From NCBI RefSeq assembly GCF_963921235.1, contig NC_086097.1:205408001-205472000 (forward strand): DNA of 64,000 nucleotides, written 5' to 3'. Below the pieces are notes generated by a model. It did not search any database. It saw only the letters and a program-made list of their open reading frames with translations, and was not told the origin of the DNA. This stretch comes from Mobula hypostoma. Lineage: Eukaryota. Of this stretch, positions 1 through 10,069 are shown piece by piece. Both the position numbers and the translations under genes were made by a program. Position 1 is the stretch's first letter; each line of letters opens with the position of its first letter.

Positions 1-676
1 TGGAGAGGAGGAGAAGATGGCAGTGCAACGTAGAGCGCGCGGCCGCTCCGAAATGATATCGGTATTTGTAAGTAGGTACTGTGCACAACCTTGATTTGAT
101 GGAGACAGATGTGAGAAGCATGGAGGAACACCTGGAGAAACTTCTGAAATGCCTGCTTTGCTGCCGCTGCTACTGTGTGAACGAGAATCTCCGGAGGGGA
201 AGGCTCCAAATCCTCGGCTTTGCCTATTGCCTGTTGCTGGGGCCGGGGTTGAAGCACTCAGCAGAGATGGTGCTCGGTGCTTGGTGTCGGAGGGCTGGTA
301 GGAGGCTCGAAGTTTTCGGATGGACTCAAGAGTCGGCCGTGGTCGGGTGCTTCCAGAGTGCTGCATTGGTAAGTTTGTGGCGCTGGAGGTTCGCGGCAGG
401 GAGAGTTTTTCCCTTCTACCATCTGCGTGAGATGATGGGACTTTCCAGAGACTTTGAGACTTTTTTTACTGTGTCCATGGTCTGCTCTTTATCAAATTAC
501 GGTATTGCTTTGCACTGTTGTAACTATATGTTTTAATGATGTGGTTTTCGTCTGTTTTTTTAGCCTTGGTTTGTCTTGTGTTTCTGTGATATCATATTGG
601 AGGAACATTGTATAATTTCTTAATGCATGATTTACTAAATGACAATAAAAGAGGACTGCGTGTCCTTATAATCTAA
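1..676 (+). mobile_element. 3' part of a non-coding retroposon-like repeat, cut by the window start
   Basis: GC/CpG-rich body, then a T-rich 3' region, AATAAA near 644 and a short ataatctaat tail. Similar architecture to 49960-50730. Family not identified. Confidence 0.4.
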
Positions 677-859
677 TATAGCAAGGAGAAGAGGACTATA
701 GCTTTATAGACCAGAAGCTTGGTGGTGGTCTTGATATCCCAATCCTCGAAAACCCTCTTTCTCAGTCTGGCAAAAGCTCCACTCGCACAGTCCACTGGAT
801 TACTATTAGCAAAATATCACACAAAGAATCTTAACTTGAAGTTAATGGCTCCATAACTG

Positions 860-1398
860 CCACAACACCTCATGCTACAAATGAGTACATCTACACAAAA
901 CGTTGTTGCAGGAAAGCAGCATCCATCACCAGAGACCGCACCACTCAGGAGATGCTCTCTTCTCACTGTTGCCATCAGGAGGGAGGTACAGGAGCTTCAG
1001 GACTCACACCACCAGGTTCAGGAACAGTTAATATCCCTCAGCCATCAGGGTCTTGAAACAAAGGGGAAAACTTCACTTGCCCCATCACTGAACTATTCCC
1101 ACAACATATAGGTTCACTTTCAAGGACTCCTTATCTCATGTTCTCAATATTTATTGTTTGTTTGTTTGTTTGTTTGTTTGTTTGTTTATTTATTTATTTA
1201 TTCTTTTTGTATTTGCACAGTTGTCTTTTGCAAATTGGTAGAATGTCCAAGTTGGTGCGGTCTTTCATTGATTCTTTTATGGTTATTATTCCATTATGGA
1301 TTTATTGAGTATGCCCTCAAGAAAATGAATATCAGGGTTGTATATGGTGTGGTGGCATAATGTACATTGATAACAAATTTACTTTGAACTTTGAACTT
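860..1398 (+). mobile_element. Rex1/Babar LINE 3' end (RT C-terminus and 3' UTR)
   Basis: Decayed LLPSGRRYRS..T.T.RF.NS motif (ctgttgccatcaggagggaggtacaggagc). Tail aaatttactttgaactttgaactt. Homologous to 35990-36370. Confidence 0.75.
1155..1202. repeat. (TTTG)n/(TTTA)n microsatellite inside the Rex 3' UTR
   Basis: Directly visible tetranucleotide runs. Confidence 0.9.
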
Positions 1399-1686
1399 CC
1401 CTTTGTTTCTCAGGTACCCATCCCCAACATTCTCTTCCACTTCAACTAACATAGTTTCTCACTTTCCAAGTTCTCATAAAGGGTCCCTGAACTGAAACGT
1501 TAGCATTTTTTTTTCTTTCTAACAGTGTGTCAGGTGTTAAAGAGTGTGTGGTAAGCCTCACCTTGAGTATTGTGAACAGTTTTGGGCTCCTCGTCCAAGA
1601 AAAGATGTGCTGACATTGGAATGGGTTCAGAGGAGGTTCACAAGGATGATTCTGGGAATGAAAGGATTATCATATGAGGAACTTTT

Positions 1687-2006
1687 TTTTCTTCTTTTTA
1701 AATTTTTTTTCATAAATGTTGTGTTTTTATTTTTGGACATAACTATACTGAAAAAGCTGCTAAATTAACCTGCTTCAAACTTCACAAAAGAATCTGCATT
1801 TCCTGTATTTACATTCCAGCACACAAAGCCATTTAGACCCTCAGCTCTGTGGGGAAGATATGAAAAGGCGGTAAATGCGGTGCCACCTGCTTCCTACAGG
1901 CACGCAGCTTCGGTCAGCAGTGACACTATCAATGTCGATGAAGACTGTGGACTCAAGTCCAACACAGATTCTTTTTTTAATGAAAATTTTGATTAGTCCT
2001 TTAACA
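1687..2006 (-). pseudogene. Poly(A)-tailed retrocopy of an apparent mRNA 3' UTR
   Basis: 15-bp TSD atatgaggaactttt at 1672-1686 and 2007-2021. On the minus strand, AATAAA lies about 15 nt before a decayed poly(A). No resemblance to TE families seen elsewhere in the window. Confidence 0.7.
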
Positions 2007-2151
2007 ATATGAGGAACTTTTGATAACTCTGGGTCTGTACTAGCTGAAATTTAGAAGGATGGAGTGGCAGGGGATCTTAATGAAGCCTTTTGAATGTTGA
2101 ATGGCCTAGACAGAATGGATGTGATAGGGGAGTCTGGGACAAAGGTACACA

Positions 2152-3702
2152 AACCTGCCTGTCCTGGCCGACCTATTATCTCAGCTTGCTCCTGCCCCAC
2201 CGAACTCGTTTCTGCATACCTCGACACGGTTTTATCACCCCTTGTTCAATCCATTCCGACCTATGTTCGCGACACTTCTCACGCTCTTAAACTTTTCGAT
2301 GATTTTAAGTTCCCTGGCCCCCACCGTTTTATTTTCACCATGGATGTCCAGTCCTTATATACTTCCATCCCCCATCAGGAAGGTCTCAAAGCTCTATGCT
2401 TCTTTTTGGATTCCAGACCTAATCAGTTCCCCTCTACCACCACTCTGCTCCGTCTAGCGGAATTAATCCTTACTCTTAATAATTTCTCCTTTGGCTCCTC
2501 CCACTTCCTCCAAACTAAAGGTGTAGCTATGGGCACCCATATGGGTCCTAGCAATGCCTGCCTTTTTGTTGGCTTTGTGGAACAATTTATGTTCCGTGCC
2601 TATTCTGGTATCTGTCCCCCACTTTTCCTTCGCTACATCGACGACTGCATTGGCGCTGCTTCCTGCACGCAAGCAAAACTTGTTGACTTTATTAACTTTG
2701 CCTCCAACTTTCACCCTGCCCTCAAGTTTACCTGGTCCATTTCCGACACCTCCCTCCCCTTTCTAGATCTTTCTGTCTCTGTCTCTGGAGACAGCTTATC
2801 CACTGATGTCTACTCTAAGCCTACTGACTCTCACAGCTATCTGGACTATTCCTCTTCTCACCCTGTCTCTTGTAAAAACGCCATCCCCTTCTCGCAATTC
2901 CTCCGTCTCCGCCGCATCGGCTCTCAGGATGAGGCTTTTCATTCTAGGACGAGGGAGATGTCTTCCTTTTTTAAAGAAAGGGGCTTCCCTTCCTCCACTA
3001 TCAACTCTGCTCTTAAACGCATCTCCCCCATTTCACGTACATCTGCTCTCACTCCATCCTCCCGCCACCCCACTAGGAATAGGGTTCCCCTGGTCCTCAC
3101 CTACCACCCCACCAGCCTCCGGGTCCAACATATTATTCTCCGTAACTTCCGCCACCTCCAACGGGATCCCACCACTAAGCACATCTTTCCCTCCCCCCGT
3201 CTCTCTGCATTCCCACAGGGATAGCTCCCTACGCAACTCCCTTGTCCATTCGTCCCCCCCATCTCTCCCCACTGATCTCCCTCCTGGCACTTATCCGTGT
3301 AAGCGGAACAAGTGCTACACATGCCCTTACACTTCCTCCCTTACCACCATTCAGGGCCCCAAACAGTCCTTCCAGGTGAGGCAACACTTCACCTGTGAGT
3401 CGACTGGGGTGATATACTGCGTCCGGTGCTCCCGATGTGGCCTTTTATATATTGGCGAGACCCGACGCAGACTGGGAGACCGCTTTGCTGAACATCTACG
3501 CTCTGTCCGCCAGAGAAAGCAGGATCTCCCAGTGGCCACACATTTTAATTCCACATCCCATTCCCATTCTGACATGTCTATCCACGGCCTCCTCTACTGT
3601 AAAGATGAAGCCACACTCAGGTTGGAGGAACAACACCTTATATTCCGTCTGGGTAGCCTCCAACCTGATGGCATGAACATCGACTTCTCTAACTTCCGCT
3701 AA
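2152..3702 (+). pseudogene. PLE RT plus GIY-YIG ORF, 5'-truncated with one frameshift near 3210
   Basis: ORF-track frames 2094..3224 (RT) and 2806..3702 (GIY-YIG) join by a frameshift. The first 19 or so codons of 2094..3224 are host CR1 sequence. Confidence 0.88.
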
Positions 3703-3996
3703 GACCCCACCTCCCCCTCGTACCCCATCTGTTACTTATTTTTATGCACACATTCTTTCTCTCACTCTCCTTTTTCTCCCTCTGTCCCTCTGAATATACC
3801 TCTTGCCCATCCTCTGGGTCCCCCCACCCCCGGTCTTTCTTCCCGGACCTCCTGTCCCATGATCCTCTCGTATCCCCTTTTGCCAATCACCTGTCCAGCT
3901 CTTGGCTCTATCCCTCCCCCTCCTGTCTTCTCCTATCATTTTCGATCTCCCTCTCCCCCTCCCACTTTCAAATCCCTTACTCACTCTTCCTTCAGT

Positions 3997-4034
3997 TAGT
4001 CCTGACGAAAGGTCTCGGCCTGAAACGTCGACTG
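3997..4034 (+). ncRNA. Minimal type I hammerhead ribozyme, core intact
   Basis: tagtc-CTGACGA-A-AGGT(CTCG)GCCT-GAAA-CG-TC-gactg. Helix I tagtc/gactg, helix II 4 bp, palindromic ACGT helix III. Predicted cleavage after C4029. Confidence 0.85.
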
Positions 4035-4251
4035 CACCTCTTCCTACAGATGCTGCCTGGCCTGCTGCGTTCACCAGCAACTTTGATGTGTGTTGCAAAA
4101 GTACACAGCCTCTGGATTGAGAGACGTCCATTTAAAACAGAGCTGCGAAGGAATTTCTTTGGCCAGAGGATGGTTAATTTGTGCAATTTGTTACCACAGG
4201 CAGCTTTGGAGGCCACGCCATTGGGTATATTTAAGGCTAAGCTTGATAGGT

Positions 4252-4828
4252 GCAATACACAACAGGAACTCAACGGGCCAGGCAGCATCTATGGAAAAAA
4301 GTACAGTCAATGTTTCAGGCCGAGACCCTTTGCAGGACTGCAATCTTCTGATCCTTGCAGGATGTGAGAAAGTCAAAGAACCAACAATAGAAAACGTGGA
4401 TCCGGCAGAGGATAAAGTAGCGGACGTGCCCATTACAGGTGGCAGAGAGCGAATCCTGGAGTTGTGGAAGTAACCAACATAGGGACATCAGGTACCTCCT
4501 CATGGTGGAAAGTGTGGTGCGTAGAATGCAGTGGGAGAAGCAGTCAGTTGAATGTGAGTACCTGTGGTCTTCAGAGGGTCTAAATTGAGAAGCTTGAAAA
4601 TGAATCTGGAAGCCATATGGTGCAAGCTGGCAGCGAAGGCATGTTCCCAAGAAGGATAGACATCCCTGGAAAAGTCTTTGCAGTATAGTAATCAAATCAC
4701 AAACAAGAGAGAACCTACAGATGCTGGAAATCCAAGCAACACACACAAAATGCTGGAGGAACTCAGCAGGCCAAGCAGTATCTATGGAAGAAAAGTACAG
4801 TTGACATTTCGGGCCGAGATCTTTCAAC
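4252..4828 (-). mobile_element. Non-autonomous PLE-tail cassette: two tandem hammerhead-tail units around about 340 bp of other sequence
   Basis: Perfect 12-bp TSD agcttgataggt at 4240-4251 and 4829-4840. Decayed hammerheads at 4304-4340 and 4798-4830, both on the minus strand. Confidence 0.8.
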
Positions 4829-5656
4829 AGCTTGATAGGTTCTTGATTGAACATGGCATCAAAGGTTACAGGAAGAAGGCCGGGGAGCGGGGATGAGGAG
4901 GGGAGAAAAAGATCAGCCATGATCGGCCAAATGGCCTAACTCTGTTCCTATGTCTTGAGGTCTTGTGGTCAAATGCAAAGCAGACAAGGTTGCTAGCCAT
5001 TTCAAAGTTTTCAGTGTCCAGCCAGCAGTAACTGCTTTAGTGCATAGATGATTCCAGTTAGATCTGGGTGGCATTGCTTCAAATTAACTTGTGCCTTTTA
5101 ATGCTGGGGCAGTTGCAGCTGGAATAAAGGGAATTTTTGAGGGGTGATTTGGACTTAGAACTATTGCAGGACGATACAGATAGAGATAGAGTGAGATGCA
5201 AGATTATTTCAATATTGTGCTATAGGCTTCAGTGGAATATAGACTAAATGGGAAAGGTATCCTGCACCAGCACAAAACTGAGACATACTCCAGCTGAATA
5301 TCTGAAAGGTAGTAGGAGAAGATCACCTGGAGGTCAATGCCTAGAGTCAAGTTCTGAAGCGCAGGATGTAATGCCAGAGCTCTATAAACTCTCATGGTCA
5401 GACAAGGTCTGTCACAGAATCTTGACTACACTACTAGCTTCAGGTATGTGATAATTCATCACCTTCTCTATCTCTAAAGTTTTACTAATAATTATGACTC
5501 ATACCTGACATTCATTTTCTCTCCCATACCCTCAAATAGCACTGATTCAAGCCAGCTCCGCAAGCATGCATCTTGTAGATACTGACAGCACCTTAATCAA
5601 AACAAAAACATTGACCCAAGTACAGTTTACAAAAGATAGTGAGTCACATGACTTAC

Positions 5657-5750
5657 TCTTGAAGGGTGAGGTGAAATATAAGCAGAGGCAACAATAGCCC
5701 CATAAACAAATCCCACTGGAAGGGGTGGTAATGGACTGTCATTGCTGCAG
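5657..5750 (-). CDS. Candidate host exon, possibly a signal-peptide leader (MTVHYHPFQWDLFMGLLLPLLIFHLTLQ + E/D)
   Basis: Acceptor ttatttctgtccttctgatgtccacag|, donor caaga|gtaagt, ATG at 5742 with a purine at -3, hydrophobic core, non-repeat context. Gene not recognised. Confidence 0.45.
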
Positions 5751-7074
5751 CTGTGGACATCAGAAGGACAGAAATAAATAAATAATGTACCATTGTTGTT
5801 CATCCTCTTTCTCATATCTTGCCTCTCTCATGACCTACACTGAATAGAATAAACGTGCACCCATTTCTGCAGCTTGGAGTAGTAGTTTTTATATTTCAGA
5901 AAATCAACCAGTCCCACAGTGAAGGAAAAAGCAGAACAGTGATTCAGAAAGATGTGCTATTACTCAATTTCACAACAGAAACATGTCTGTTTGCAAGGTA
6001 GCATAGGGATGAAATTTGCATGTAATGAAAGACAGCACATAAAGGACCTGCAGCTGCATTAATGGGTAAAGTGCATTAGGTACCTTACTGGAGCAGAAGG
6101 TTGCATGTACAGTATTCTCCTGCAGATACTAATATCCTTAACAATAAGGTACCTCACAAAACTAAGCATGTTGCAAACACCATTTGTAGAGATCAGATTA
6201 AAAAAGAGAGAGCCAATGAACTAATGATCAAAATGTCTTACCAGTGGAATCCAGTGGTAGAATTTTAATTGAGGGAATGTTCAGTGGTTTCATGATACGT
6301 AGCCAGTCATTTGAAACTGGAGTATGTTAAAATTTCTTCTCATAGTGAGTAGTAAACCTTTGGATCCTCTGCTCAAAGAGTTAAGGAAGCTAACTCATCG
6401 CAAGTGGAAATAGATACATTTTTGAATATTTAGGAAGATTGAGATTATAGTGTTCTGACACAAAGGAGTGGAGACATGAATTAGATCAGCCATGGCCATA
6501 TTGGATGATACAACCAGAGGTGGCCTATTCCCTATTCTTGCTCCATTTTGGCAGCAGAACTAAGGTTAGGAATGAAAATCAGAGATGAAAAGAACAGACC
6601 CATAAAGCTAATAGATCACCCAATTAAAGTAGAATCTTTATGGAATATGATTTTTGTTTTGAGCCATGAGAATGATTAAAAACAAATGCATTAAAATATG
6701 CTAAACTCTAATTTCTATGCCCATTTTTACAAATCCATAAATTGGTGTTCGAATCTAGTATTAATTTTAAGTGGATTAAGCTACTGCATTTGAAACAATA
6801 CAATACCTTGAATGAAAAAAGGCCTTTGCAATAAATTGACACCGTATCCTTGTTGTAATATGTGCAAGCAGTCGCGAGGGTGCATTTGCTAAGTTTTGAA
6901 CCCCAACAGTGCTTGGTAATTTTAAAATGATTTGGTTATCTCTCAGACTACAGGTGCTGCTCTTGTTTATGTATATGTATTACCTCCATGTTTTGATTCC
7001 AAATAGCTCAGAATAAATTTGAATAATTTCAATGGATACAATACAGACCTTAAATTATTATCAACAGTAAATTA

Positions 7075-7600
7075 GACCATGAGACCGTAATTAAGCAAGT
7101 TGGCCCTTCAGGTCTCCTTTGCTATTTCATCACGGCTGATTTATTATCCCTTTCAACCCCATTCACCTGCCTTCTCCCCTTAGCCTTTGATGCCCTGATG
7201 ATCAAACAACCTATCAACCTCCATTTTAAATATACCCAATGACTTGGACTCCACAGCCATCTGTGGCAATGAATTCCACAGATTAACTACAACCTGGCTA
7301 AAGAAATTCTTCCTAATCTCTGTTCTAACTGGAAGTCCCTCTATTCTGCGACTGTGTCCTCTGGTCCTAGACTTACCCATTATAGGAAGTATCCTCTCCA
7401 CATCGATTATATCCAAGCCTTTCAGTATTTGATAGGTTTCAATGGAATCGCACCCCCCCCTCACTTTTCTAAACTCCACCAAGCACCAAGTGCAGGCTCA
7501 AGTCCATCAAACGCTTCTCAAACGTTAACCTTTTCATTTCCAGAATCATTCACATAAACCTCTTTTGGACCCTCTCCAATGGTAGCACATCTTTTCTTAG
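7075..7600 (-). mobile_element. CR1 LINE 3' fragment
   Basis: LRKDVLPLERVQKRF and IETYQILKGLD...RTEIRKNFFSQ.VVNLWNSLPQ, followed by the 3' UTR tail. Confidence 0.85.
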
Positions 7601-7620
7601 CATGGATAGAAGCACGGCTA

Positions 7621-8597
7621 TTCTTAGCATGGATAGAAGATTGGCAGACTGGGAGGAGACAAAGAGTGGGAACAAAGGGTTGACTGAAGTGACTAGTGGT
7701 GTTCTGCATGGGTCAGTGTTGGCACCGTTATTTTTCACATTATGTGTCAATGATTTGGATGACAGAATTGATGGTTTTGTGGCCAGGTTTGCAAATGATA
7801 CAAAGATAGGTGGAAGGGCAGATAGTTTTGAGGAAGCAGGGAGTCTGCAGAAGGATTTAGACAGATTGGGAGAATGGACAAAGAGGTGGTAGATGGAATA
7901 TGGTTCAAGGAAGTATACGGTCATGCACTTTGGTAGAAGGAATAAAGGCACAGACTATTTTTTAAAGAGGGAGAAAATTCAAAATCAGAGGTGCAAAGGG
8001 ACAAAGGAGTCCTCATACAGAATTCCCTTTAAGTTAACTTGTGGGTTGAATCAGTGGTAATGAAGAGGACAAGAACATAAAAGGATGTAATGCAGAGGCT
8101 TTCTAAGGCATTGGTCAGACCATTCTTGGAGTATTGTAAGCAGTTTTGGGCCACTTATCGAAGAAAAGATGTGCTGGCATTGGAGGGGGTCCAGAAAATG
8201 TTCACAAAAATGATTCTGGGATTGAAAGGGCTAACATATGAGGAACATTTGATAACTCTGGGCCTGTACTCACTGGAGTTTAGAAGACTGGATGTGGAGA
8301 GGATATTTCCCATAGTGGGTGAGATTAGGACCAGAGGGCACAACCTCAGACTAGAGGAACAGCCATTTTGAACAGAGATGAGGAGGAAATTCTTTTGCCA
8401 GACAGTGGTGAATCTGTGGAGGCCAAATCATTGAGTGTATTTAAAGCAGAGTTTAACAAGGTTTTGATTAGTCAGGCAGTCAGAGATTATGGGCAGAAAG
8501 TTGAGAGGGATAACCTGCCATGATGGTATGATGGAGCAGACGCAAAAAGCCAAATGGCCTAACTCTGCTCTTATGTCTTACAGCCTTTTGGTCTTAA
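7621..8597 (+). mobile_element. CR1 LINE, RT to 3' end, degraded
   Basis: VTSGVLHGSVLAPLFF...RFANDTKIGG and LVRPFLEYCKQFW, then 3' UTR. Confidence 0.88.
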
Positions 8598-8879
8598 AAC
8601 CTTGCACATCTCTTTATACACCATAGTTCAAAAACACCATGTCAGCTGGCTGATTGTTCATTGCATAGGGACCTGATATGTGATACTGCAATGTACCTCA
8701 TCAGACATTTCTTAGTGACTGGATCTGAAATTAAGCTAATTAAACACTTACATAATGGAATGGGATTGTCCACAAGCTCCTTAGATTCCCCCATAGCATC
8801 AATTAAGAATTATCTTTACTCTCTCCCTGGTCTAGCAGCAAATCATTTGGATCCAATGACTCACCACATTCGCTTCCCA

Positions 8880-8932
8880 TTTCTTTATTTTTGTAATTTA
8901 TTTTTTATTGAAGTTCATCATCAAACAAACAT
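8880..8932 (-). mobile_element. Short poly(A)-tailed LINE 3' end, possibly L1/Tx1
   Basis: Minus strand reads tgtttgtttgatgatgaacttcAATAAAaaataaattacaaaaataaagaaa. Confidence 0.35.
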
Positions 8933-10069
8933 TGCTTATGGCTTCAAGTGTGAAATTCAGACAAATTTATTACTGAGTTTTTACTCTCTACACCCTGGCC
9001 TGGTACTGAAAAGTGACAAGACATGATGTGAATGAGAAGATGAGTGGAATGAGAGAGCAACATGTTATATAGAAATGTTAATTCTAAAGGTAACAACAGG
9101 AAGTAAAGGAGTGAACTATTCGGCCATTCAAGCCTGTCCCACCATTCAATTTGATCATGGCTGAGCTGCCTGAGGTCATATTTCCTCGTCTGTGCCAGTT
9201 CCTCATAATGCTCATTTCACTCATCCATCAAAATGTTATCCACTAATGAAAGGAAGATAAAGTTTGAGGACAGCAACATCTCCAACCTCTCCAGTTCCAT
9301 TTTCACTACAGGTCAGCACAGATGGTGTTCTGATCAATTGCTGCTGCATTCTGTCATCGGATAGTTTGTCCTACAGGAAAGTCGGATGAAGGAAAGTTGT
9401 CCAATATGTTCAGGAAGTGCGACTACCATGACGAATGCGTGGAGTGTGTGCAAACCATGAAGTACAAGTGTGAGTCTTGGCAGACAGTGACGGGGTTGAT
9501 AGAGATTCATGGTTGCGTGATTGAGGTTCTGTGAGCTGAGCCACTGTTCTCTACTCCCTGACCTTGAGTGAATTCACTGAATCAAATGCACTGATGCACT
9601 CAGGACTTCAGTCACACTTGACCTCCTGGGTTATCTCTCCCATAGCTACCTGCCTGTGTTTCTGGACCACTGCAGACACGGAGCCTTTCTCCTGCTTCAT
9701 AGCTCCTCCTCTAAGATCTTATATTCCATACCCTAAGTTCATAGAACAATCACCAATGCCTTCAGATCCAATAATCCCATGATGGCTTCTATCTAAACCA
9801 AACTATTAGGCTGTTAAATTCTGTATTATCCTATTGGCTTGAGCAGAGGAAAGGAAGGAAAAAGCCAGTGGTATAATACTGCACCAAAACCCAGATTATT
9901 CTAATCTATGAGCTAAGTACTGGAAAGAGTCTGAGATATTGTTGCCTGAGGAATACTGAGTAGGCAGTATTGTAGGAGGAGACCTGATAGTGAAGAAGCA
10001 TGAAAGTACAGAACAAATAAGGGGATTCAAATTTGAAGCAAACAAAATAGTTTTATTGCATACCATTCC

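Larger units (their letters stand above)
2152..4095 (+). mobile_element. Penelope-like element (Neptune type), 5'-truncated
   Basis: RT (MDVQSLYTSI, QTKGVAMGT, FLRYIDD), Cys linker CKRNKCYTC, GIY-YIG endonuclease (VIYCVRCSRCGLLYIGETRRRLGDRFAEH), pyrimidine-rich 3' UTR and hammerhead tail. TSD caaa(g/a)gtacaca at 2140-2151 and 4096-4107. Confidence 0.93.
1540..4970 (+). mobile_element. CR1 LINE 3' fragment split into four pieces by three nested insertions
   Basis: PHLEYCEQFWAP..RKDVLTLEWVQRRFTRMI at 1555-1680. Continues at 2007-2151, 4096-4251 (FKTELRRNFFGQRMVNL) and 4829-4970 (3' UTR atggcctaactctgttcctatgtc). Each break is flanked by a TSD. Confidence 0.85.

Noticed and set aside
81..536. 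151-aa ORF
   Set aside because: Lies within a repeat-like element, has a non-ATG start and no recognisable domain.
1860..1930. Stem-loop in the retrocopy considered as a SECIS element
   Set aside because: A gtgtcactgct/agcaggtggcac stem is possible, but the AUGA...GA quartet with correct spacing to an apical AA is not evident.
3742..4367. Overlapping ORFs of 129-207 aa
   Set aside because: Low-complexity PLE UTR read through into CR1; a compositional artefact.
4380..4560. Chromodomain-like words (ERILE, IRYLL, QWE) in the cassette interior
   Set aside because: Needs several frameshifts and stops; too weak without an HMM search.
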